13,502 nucleotides of DNA from Archangium sp. (GTDB lineage Bacteria; Myxococcota; Myxococcia; Myxococcales; Myxococcaceae): assembly GCA_031367385.1 (NCBI GenBank), contig JANLPS010000374.1:1-13502 (forward strand), read 5' to 3'. Shown piece after piece: positions 1 to 6,344 of this stretch. Positions within the stretch are counted from its first letter, which is position 1; the number at the start of each line of letters is the position of its first letter. The translations under genes were made by a program, and so were the position numbers. Below the pieces are notes generated by a model that saw only the letters and a list, made by a program, of their open reading frames with translations, had not been told where the DNA came from and did not search any database.

Positions 1-2862
1 CCGCGCCGAAGCCCCTGCTCCCAACCGAGGCACACACCCGTTGCAGTAGGACGGCTTGCCCCGGGATTCGACGTACGAGCCCGACGTGCAAACGTCAGAC
101 AAGCAGGTTGAGTGGGTGCAGGTTCTCGACTGATCGCAATCGACGTTGCACACGCTCCAGCTGCCGCACACCGGCGCGACGCACTCGAGGTTCTGCGTGA
201 CGCGAGCACAGCCTGGAATGTCGGTGTCGGTACCAGTGCTGCCGTTGCATGCCCCGGAGCCACACGCATAGCTGGTGACGCTTCGAGTGCGGCTGCCGCT
301 GCTGCTGCAGAAGGTCGCGTAGCTGCACGCGGTGTAGGCGCCGTAGCTGGTGGCCGCGCACACCGCGCCGCTCGTATCGCGCGCACACCCGGCCGTGTCG
401 ACGTCGGTTCCCGCGGTGCTGCCGCACGTGCCTGAGCCGCAGGTGTAGGTGGTGACCGAGCGGCTTCGGCTGCCCGAGTTGGTGCAGACGTCGGCGTACG
501 AGCAGGTCCCAAAGCCCCCGTACGAGGTCGCTCCGCAGCTCGCGCCGGCGGTGTTGCGCGCGCAGCCAGCGGTATCGGTGTCAATCGAGCCGCTGCCCCC
601 GCACGTACCTGCGTTGCAGGTGTAGGTCGTCACCGCTCGCGTGCGGCTGCCCGAGTTGATGCAGCCATCGGCATACGAGCACGAGCCGTACCCGCCATAG
701 GTCGTCGCCGAGCAGCTCGAGCCATTGGTGCTGCGCGCGCAGCCGGCGGTGTCGGTGTCGGTCGAGGTGCTGCCGCTGCAGGTGCCTGAGCCGCAGGCAT
801 AGGTCGTCACCGATCGGGTGCGGCTGCCAGTGGTGGCGCAGGCGTCGGCGTAGGTGCAGGCCGTGTACGAGCCATAGGTGGTCGCGCTGCACGAATTGCC
901 GTCGGTGGCGCGGCTGCAGCCGGCGGTGTCGGTGTCAGTGGTCGGGTTGCCGTTGCAGGTGCCTGAGCCGCACGTGTAGGTCGTGATGGTTCGGGTGCGG
1001 CTGCCCGACGTGCTGCAGGCGGCGCCGTAGCTGCAACTGCCGAACGCACCGGTGTCGGTGGTGCCGCAGGTGCTGCCAGCCGTGCTCCGCGCGCAGCCGG
1101 TGGTGTCGGTCTCGGTCATCATCGACGAGTTGCAGCTGCCGCTCTGGCACACCGGCACGGTGACGGTTCTGGTGCGCGAGCCGGTGTCGCTGCAGGCGGT
1201 GGCGTAGGTGCATGCAGACCAGGCACCATTCGACGCGGTGCCGCAGGCGCTGCCTTCGACGGTGCGAGTGCAGCTCGCCGTGTCGGTCTCGGTGTTGACC
1301 GCCGAATCGCAAGTGCCGGTCGCCGAGCAGGCGTAGCTGGTGACCTGGCGGGTGCGAGAGCCCGTCGCCGAACAGGTCGACGCGTACGAGCAGGTGCTCC
1401 AGCTGCCATTGACGTTGGAGCCGCAGCTGTTGCCGCTGGTGTTGCGCGCGCAGGCGCTGGTGTCGGTCTCGGTGCCGGCGCTCGAGCCGCAGCTGCCGGC
1501 GGAGCAGGTGTAGCTGGTGTTGGGCCGGGTGCGGCTGCCGCCTCGCGCACAGGTCGAGCCGTAGCTGCAGGCGGTCCACGCGCCGACGGTGGTGGTGCCG
1601 CAAGTGACTCCGCCGTCGGTGAAGCCGTCGCTCGGGCAGCTCGCCGCGGTGCCGTCGCAGTGCTCGGCGACATCGCAGCTCGAAGCGGCCGCGCGGCAGG
1701 TGCGGCTGGGGCCCAAGAAGGCGCACTTGCCATCGGTGACCGCGCCCTGGGTCGTGCTGCAGGCCTGGCAGGCCCCCGAGCACGCCTGGTTGCAGCACAC
1801 GCCGTTGGCGCAGAAGCCGGAGGTGCACTCGCCGGGAGCGCCGCAGGCCGTACCGTCGGTCTTCTTCGCCGAGCAGTAGGTGCCGCTGCAGTAGGTGTTG
1901 GTCGGGCACCCGCTGACGCAGGTGATCGGGCAGTCGGTGAGCGTGCCGTTGCAGACGATGCTGCCGCCGCACAGCGGCTGGCCTGGGTCATTCGCAGGGC
2001 TGACGCTGCAGGTGCCGATCTTGCCCGCCAGGTTGCAGCGGTCACAGCTGTTGCTGCAGGCCTTGTCGCAGCACACCGAGTCGGCGCAGAACCCCGTCTG
2101 GCACTCGCCGTTGGCGGCGCAGGTCTCGCCCTTGTCTTTGAGCATGTCGCACTTGCCCAAAATGCAGAACCGGCCCGGGGCGCACTGCCGGCTGCTGGTG
2201 CACATCGTCGGGCATGACGGGTTGAGCCCATCGCAGGCATACGCCGCGCAGGTCACCGCCGGAGTGCCTTCGTCTCGCAGCACGCAGATGCCCGGTGAGC
2301 CAGCGCTGCCACAGGTCTCGCAGGCGCCGGTGCAGGCGCTCGAGCAGCACGCGCCGGCCACACAGGCGCCTGAGGTGCACTCGGCGTTGGCCCCGCAGCT
2401 GGTGCCGTTGGCCTTGAGCGGAGCGCAATCACCCGCGGTGCACCCGGTGCTCGAGCTGCAGGTCGCGCATTTGGCTCCCAAGAGGCCGCAGGTGAGGTTG
2501 GTGTTACCGGTCTGGCATTGATTCTCTGAGTCGCAGCACCCGGAGCAGTTGGCGCTCGAGCAGGGAGGCGGCCCCGCGTCGACGGTGCCCGAGTCGACGG
2601 TCGTCGTGCCGCCGCCACCCCCGGTGCCGGTCCCTCCGCCAGCCCCCCCGCCGGTGCCAGTGCCACCGCCCGTGTTGGTGCCGCCGCCGGTGCCGCCGCC
2701 CGCGCCGCCGCCCGTGCCAGGGCCCCCGTCGGTCGACGGCATGACCAGGCAATGCCCAGCGTCATCACATTGAAAACCGGCGAGGTGCGGGTCGACCAGG
2801 CTGCAGCCGGTGACACCCGACAGCACCGTGGCGAGCGCGAAGAAGCGGTGCTTCGAAAACAT
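1..2862 (-). CDS. Large cysteine-rich repeat lipoprotein (>954 aa, 3' end beyond window): lipobox, Gly/Thr linker, 3 Cys-rich repeats, disintegrin-like motif, 8 TSP1-like repeats; probable surface protein or adhesin
   Basis: Manual translation from ATG at 2862 (cat at 2860-2862) gives MFSKHRFFALATVLSGVTG-C20-SLVDPHLAGFQCDDAGHC...GGGTGGG...CSSANCSGCCDSENQC. I found no stop codon down to position 1 (...YCNGCVPRLGAGASAR). Codon third positions are strongly G/C and the frame is Cys/Gly/Ser/Thr-rich. It is not in the ORF track because it is open at the window edge; the listed ORFs here are alternative frames. Confidence 0.93.
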   Translation of the reverse strand, partial: MFSKHRFFALATVLSGVTGCSLVDPHLAGFQCDDAGHCLVMPSTDGGPGTGGGAGGGTGGGTNTGGGTGTGGGAGGGTGTGGGGGTTTVDSGTVDAGPPPCSSANCSGCCDSENQCQTGNTNLTCGLLGAKCATCSSSTGCTAGDCAPLKANGTSCGANAECTSGACVAGACCSSACTGACETCGSAGSPGICVLRDEGTPAVTCAAYACDGLNPSCPTMCTSSRQCAPGRFCILGKCDMLKDKGETCAANGECQTGFCADSVCCDKACSNSCDRCNLAGKIGTCSVSPANDPGQPLCGGSIVCNGTLTDCPITCVSGCPTNTYCSGTYCSAKKTDGTACGAPGECTSGFCANGVCCNQACSGACQACSTTQGAVTDGKCAFLGPSRTCRAAASSCDVAEHCDGTAASCPSDGFTDGGVTCGTTTVGAWTACSYGSTCARGGSRTRPNTSYTCSAGSCGSSAGTETDTSACARNTSGNSCGSNVNGSWSTCSYASTCSATGSRTRQVTSYACSATGTCDSAVNTETDTASCTRTVEGSACGTASNGAWSACTYATACSDTGSRTRTVTVPVCQSGSCNSSMMTETDTTGCARSTAGSTCGTTDTGAFGSCSYGAACSTSGSRTRTITTYTCGSGTCNGNPTTDTDTAGCSRATDGNSCSATTYGSYTACTYADACATTGSRTRSVTTYACGSGTCSGSTSTDTDTAGCARSTNGSSCSATTYGGYGSCSYADGCINSGSRTRAVTTYTCNAGTCGGSGSIDTDTAGCARNTAGASCGATSYGGFGTCSYADVCTNSGSRSRSVTTYTCGSGTCGSTAGTDVDTAGCARDTSGAVCAATSYGAYTACSYATFCSSSGSRTRSVTSYACGSGACNGSTGTDTDIPGCARVTQNLECVAPVCGSWSVCNVDCDQSRTCTHSTCLSDVCTSGSYVESRGKPSYCNGCVPRLGAGASAR
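184..1602 (-). repeat. Intragenic tandem array of eight 177-bp units (unit 2 is 180 bp), each encoding a 59-60-aa six-Cys repeat
   Basis: Units begin at Cys codons at 1602, 1425, 1245, 1068, 891, 714, 537 and 360. Consensus C-x5-G-x-[WFY]-x2-C-[ST]-Y-x3-C-x3-G-S-R-[TS]-R-x2-T-x-Y-x-C-x2-G-x-C-x5-T-[DE]-T-D-T-x2-C-x-R, e.g. CSATTYGSYTACTYADACATTGSRTRSVTTYACGSGTCSGSTSTDTDTAGCARSTNGSS. Confidence 0.95.
1627..1725 (-). other. Disintegrin-like motif within the Cys-rich lipoprotein
   Basis: CAFLGPSRTCRAAASSCDVAEHCDGTAASCPSD matches the C-terminal half of ADAM/snake-venom disintegrin domains (C-x-F-x5-T-C-R-x5-C-D-x2-E-x-C-x-G-x4-C-P-x-D). Confidence 0.7.
1755..2418 (-). repeat. Three dispersed Cys-rich repeats, K-x2-G-x2-C-x4-E-C-x-[ST]-G-x-C-x4-C-C-x3-C-x3-C-x2-C
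   Basis: KANGTSCGANAECTSGACVAGACCSSACTGACETC; KDKGETCAANGECQTGFCADSVCCDKACSNSCDRC; KTDGTACGAPGECTSGFCANGVCCNQACSGACQAC. Confidence 0.85.
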
Positions 2863-2926
2863 CGGTGAACCCTACACGGCTTTGGCGGCTCGCTTCCACG
2901 CGCAGTGCGCGATAGAGGGCGCGACG

Positions 2927-4912
2927 ATGACGTCACCCCCCTTGAAGTTTGATGTGCTTGGCCGCGCTCCTTCTGGAGCCCGGGCGGGCCTGCTGCATAC
3001 CCGTCGCGGTGTAACGCCTACACCGACCTTCATGCCGGTGGCGACCCACGCCCACGTACGCTCGCTCGAAATGAGTGACGTGGCGCAGTCTGGCGCGTCG
3101 ATCTGTCTGGCGAACACCTACCACCTGTTGCTGCGGCCGGGCCCCGAGGTGTTCGAGCGCTTCAACGGCATTCACCGCTTCATGCAGTGGAGCGGGGGCG
3201 TGCTGACCGATTCGGGCGGCTTTCAGATCTTCAGCCTGCCGGGAGACCGCTCGATCAGCGAACAAGGCGCGACGTTTCGCAGCGCCTACGACAACCACCA
3301 GCGCATGCTCTCGCCCGAGACCAGCATCGGCACCCAGCAGTCGATCGGGTCAGACATCATGATGGTGCTCGACGTGTGCGTGCCGTCGACCAGCGACGAG
3401 AAGGTCACCTTCGACGCGATGGAGCGCACCCACCGCTGGGCCGTGCGCTCGCTCGCCGCCAAGAACGCCAAAGAGACCGGGCAGGCGCTGTTCGGCATCG
3501 TACAGGGCGGCGTGTACCCGACGATGCGCACCGAGAGCGCGGGTTTCTTGAGCCAGCACGACTTCGATGGGTTCGCGATTGGCGGGCTGGCGGTCGGCGA
3601 GTCGCGCGAGCTGCTCTATTCGATGACCCAGCACACCGCGCGGCTGCTGCCGCAAGACAAGCCGCGGTACCTGATGGGCGTGGGCACTCCCATTGACCTG
3701 GTCGAGTCGGTGAACAGCGGCGTCGACATGTTCGACTGCATCATCCCCAACAAGATGGCGCAGCAGGGGTACGCGTACACCTTCGAAGGGCAGATTCGAA
3801 TCACCCGCACCGAGTACAAGCTCTCAGACGAGCCGCTCGACGCGACCTGCCTGTGCCCGGTGTGCCACCACTATTCGCGCAGCTATTTGAGGCACCTGGC
3901 CCAGGGCCCGCACTCGTTGTCTTCGCGGCTTTTGACCATTCACAACCTCTGGCACTACCAGGCGCTGATGAATCGCATGCGCACCGCGATTCTCGAGAAC
4001 CGGTGGGACGCGGAGTATCGAACGCTGCGCCAGATGGTGGGGCCGCCCAAGCTGCAGGCGCGAGCGGTCGAGGGGCACAAAGAGGGCGACTTCGAGGTCG
4101 TCACTTTGAAATCAGGCGCGCGCTCGATTCGTCACGTGGGCAATGGCGAGATCATGCACCCCGTCGGCCCGTGGGAAGAGGCGAATGCGCTCTATGTGAA
4201 TCAGGCGCGGCTGGGCAAGGCACTGACCGTGTCGAGCGAAGAGCCGTATCGCATTCTCGACGTGGGGCTAGGCGGCGGCACCAACGCGTTGGCGGCACTG
4301 ACCTGCGCACGTGAGCTGGGTGAGGGCATGAAGCGCTCGCTCGAGATCATCAGCCTCGAGCACGACCTGACGCCGCTGAAGCTGGCGTTCGCCGATCAAG
4401 AGGGTTTCCCCTTCATGAAGCCGTGGCGGCACGCGGTCGAGGCGCTGCTGCGCGAAGGCACGTGGGACGCTCCGGGCCTGTCGTGGCGGCTGATACAGGG
4501 CGACGCCCGCGAGACGATCAACGAGGTCGATGGCGTGGTCGACTTGATTTACTTCGACCCGTTCTCGCCCGAATCGAACCCCACGCTGTGGACGGTTGAT
4601 TTCTTGAGGGCGGTGCGGGTCAAGGCGAAGAATCAAGGCGCGAAGCTCGTGACGTACAGCGCGGCGACTCCGACGCGGGTGTCGTTGCTGCTGGCCGGCT
4701 TTTTCGTCGGCAAAGGCGCAGCGACCGGTACCAAGGGCGAGACGACCATCGCCGCCACCAAGATGGACTTGCTCGACGACCCGCTGGGGGCCCGCTGGTA
4801 CTCGCGGTGGGAGCGCTCGAGCTCGAGAGGGCCGCATGGCGAGACGCTCACCCCACAGCTCGAGGCTGCGATTCGCGGTCAGCCCCAGTTCGCAAACCTG
4901 CCGCCGGGGTGA
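2927..4912 (+). CDS. tgt: Fusion protein (661 aa): N-terminal tRNA-guanine(34) transglycosylase (Tgt/QTRT family) plus C-terminal MnmC/MnmD-type SAM-dependent methyltransferase
   Basis: Tgt motifs (about 2927-4040): TPTFMPV, NTYHLLLRPG, TDSGGFQIFSL, MVLDVC, FGIVQGG, IGGLAVGE, PRYLMGVG, GVDMFDC and the Zn site CLCPVC...HNL. Methyltransferase motifs (about 4085-4912): GEIMHP, ILDVGLGGGTN (motif I), IISLEHD, LIQGDARE, DLIYFDPFSPESNPTLWT, TYSAATPTRVSLLLAGF. I chose the ATG at 2927 (preceded by AGAGGG) over the track's 2810, which would overlap the divergent gene. Confidence 0.93.
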   Translation: MTSPPLKFDVLGRAPSGARAGLLHTRRGVTPTPTFMPVATHAHVRSLEMSDVAQSGASICLANTYHLLLRPGPEVFERFNGIHRFMQWSGGVLTDSGGFQIFSLPGDRSISEQGATFRSAYDNHQRMLSPETSIGTQQSIGSDIMMVLDVCVPSTSDEKVTFDAMERTHRWAVRSLAAKNAKETGQALFGIVQGGVYPTMRTESAGFLSQHDFDGFAIGGLAVGESRELLYSMTQHTARLLPQDKPRYLMGVGTPIDLVESVNSGVDMFDCIIPNKMAQQGYAYTFEGQIRITRTEYKLSDEPLDATCLCPVCHHYSRSYLRHLAQGPHSLSSRLLTIHNLWHYQALMNRMRTAILENRWDAEYRTLRQMVGPPKLQARAVEGHKEGDFEVVTLKSGARSIRHVGNGEIMHPVGPWEEANALYVNQARLGKALTVSSEEPYRILDVGLGGGTNALAALTCARELGEGMKRSLEIISLEHDLTPLKLAFADQEGFPFMKPWRHAVEALLREGTWDAPGLSWRLIQGDARETINEVDGVVDLIYFDPFSPESNPTLWTVDFLRAVRVKAKNQGAKLVTYSAATPTRVSLLLAGFFVGKGAATGTKGETTIAATKMDLLDDPLGARWYSRWERSSSRGPHGETLTPQLEAAIRGQPQFANLPPG

Positions 4913-5002
4913 GGCGTATCGGTTGAACCCACGGGTGCGCCCCTTCCGTACATCACTGGGCTTGCTTCGCTCGGCGCCGAGCGGTCTTCTGCGGCCCTTC
5001 TG

Positions 5003-6325
5003 ATGATGCTCCTGCACGCAGTCACGTTGGTGCTCGCGGCGAAGACCGTGACCCTCGACGAGGTGAAGACGGCGTCTCGCCGCAACCTCGACTCGATTCG
5101 CGCCGAGGTCGTCAACGCCCAGGCCCAGGCCGGCAAGACCGTCGCCATCTCGGGCATCTTGCCGCACGCCTCGCTGCAGGCCGGCGCGTCGTACACGGCC
5201 TACGCCCCCTACAGCCGCATCTTCACCGTGCCAGCGGTCAGCGACGCCGGAGTCGTCTCTTTCAACCAGACCCGCATCGACCAGGCCCCCGCACAGATTC
5301 TCAGCCTGAACGCCGGCATCTCAGTCACCCAACTCATCTACGACGCGCGCTTCTGGGCGCAGCTCTCGCAAGCCGGAGCCCTCGAAGAAGCCACCCGAGG
5401 CGAGCTCGAAGAGCAACGCCTGGCCAGCGAGGCCGAGGCGGTCGTTCGGTTCTACGAAGTGCTCTTCACCGCGCAGGCCCGAAAGATCTACGAAGACGCG
5501 GTCGAGCGCAGCAAGGGGCAGCTCACCCGTGCGCAGGCCGTCTTCAACGCAGGCAAAGGCCACCAGCACGACATTCTCGATGCGCGGGTCAACCTGGGCA
5601 ACGACCAGATCTCCCTCTTGAAGTGGGACCAGCAGATCACCGCCGCGCAAGCCAACCTGACGCAGTGGCTCGCCTGGGGCTTCGAGCCCATTCAGGCGAC
5701 CCCGCCCGACATTCTCAAACAGCACCCCCCGCTGCCGGCACCAACGCTCGAGCGCGTGCTCGAGTTGGCCAAGCAGAACCGCCCGTTGCTGCGGTCAGTC
5801 GCGAGCCGGGTGCGCGTCGCCGAGGGCGCCATCGGCATCGCCCGCAGCGAGTACATACCCTCGGTGTCGGTGGCGGCGCAGTACTCCCGCGAAGCGCCGA
5901 CCGGCGGGCTGTTCGTCGACCCGCAGCGCCAACACGTGCTCGCCGTCGGAGCCACCTTGAACTGGAACTTCTTCTCTGGCCTGGCCACCCTCGGCCGCGA
6001 CCGCAGCGCGCACGCCGAGCTCAGCCTCGCCGAGGCCACCCGCGCTCAGGCCATGTCGACCATCGAAGGCGACATCGCCCGTGAGTACGAGGTGCTGAAG
6101 ACTGCTCTGCAAATCGCCGACGTGGCCGAGAAGACCAAAGACTTCGCCGAAGAAGAGGCCAAGCTCGAGGAGCAGCGCTACACGGTCGGCGTCGGCACCA
6201 ACCTCGACGTGCGAAACGCGCAGCTCAAGTTGACCGGGTCGCAGTTCAATTCATTGAGCGCCCGGTTCGATGTCGAGATCAGCAGGGCCCGATTGGGCCG
6301 GCTGGCGGGCGGGCCGGTCGAGTAG
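5003..6325 (+). CDS. TolC/OEP-family outer membrane channel protein
   Basis: 440 aa with a short hydrophobic N-terminus followed by TVTLDEV. It has two homologous halves with OEP-type features: LPHASLQAG / YIPSVSVAAQY, VTQLIYD / LNWNFFSG, coiled-coil helices, FNAGKG..DILDARVNL / RYTVGVGTNLDVRNAQLKL, and C-terminal ARLGRLAG. Start is ATG at 5003 or 5006. Confidence 0.88.
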   Translation: MMLLHAVTLVLAAKTVTLDEVKTASRRNLDSIRAEVVNAQAQAGKTVAISGILPHASLQAGASYTAYAPYSRIFTVPAVSDAGVVSFNQTRIDQAPAQILSLNAGISVTQLIYDARFWAQLSQAGALEEATRGELEEQRLASEAEAVVRFYEVLFTAQARKIYEDAVERSKGQLTRAQAVFNAGKGHQHDILDARVNLGNDQISLLKWDQQITAAQANLTQWLAWGFEPIQATPPDILKQHPPLPAPTLERVLELAKQNRPLLRSVASRVRVAEGAIGIARSEYIPSVSVAAQYSREAPTGGLFVDPQRQHVLAVGATLNWNFFSGLATLGRDRSAHAELSLAEATRAQAMSTIEGDIAREYEVLKTALQIADVAEKTKDFAEEEAKLEEQRYTVGVGTNLDVRNAQLKLTGSQFNSLSARFDVEISRARLGRLAGGPVE

Positions 6326-6344
6326 CTGGGCCCCCGCCGAGCCC

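Noticed and set aside
184..1602. Regular ~177-bp periodicity as a possible CRISPR or non-coding repeat array
   Set aside because: Unit lengths are multiples of 3, the units vary mostly at synonymous positions, there is no identical repeat plus unique spacer structure, and no cas genes are present. It is a protein repeat.
2810..2926. 39-codon N-terminal extension of the Tgt ORF given by the track
   Set aside because: It overlaps the start of the divergent lipoprotein gene and has no Tgt similarity. ATG 2927 has an SD-like sequence and matches the normal Tgt N-terminus.
95..2936. Many ORF-track entries over 95-2936 (e.g. 935..1972 -, 1119..2240 -, 2253..2936 -, 1895..2521 +, Pro-rich 2549..2773 +)
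   Set aside because: These are alternative-frame or antisense shadows of the real Cys-rich gene. The Arg/His- or Pro-rich composition is what shifted GC-rich codons produce, and the poly-Pro ORF is the antisense of the Gly linker.
2927..4040. Tgt-like domain as a DpdA DNA-modifying (7-deazaguanine in DNA) defence enzyme or an archaeosine Tgt
   Set aside because: The motifs (NTYHL, TDSGGFQ, GGLAVGE, YLMGVG, CxCxxC..H) are those of bacterial tRNA Tgt. No dpd, restriction or phage genes are nearby and there is no PUA domain.
4910..5005. TolC gene is in the same frame as the Tgt fusion, separated by one TGA and 30 sense codons (possible readthrough or selenocysteine)
   Set aside because: Same frame is a 1-in-3 chance and stops are rare in GC-rich DNA. 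A cytoplasmic tRNA enzyme fused ahead of a signal-peptide-bearing outer-membrane protein is implausible, and I see no convincing SECIS.
6303..6344. GC-rich imperfect hairpin at the convergent TolC/lipoprotein junction as a terminator
   Set aside because: The stem is imperfect, has no U-tract on either strand, and such pairing is expected by chance at this GC content.
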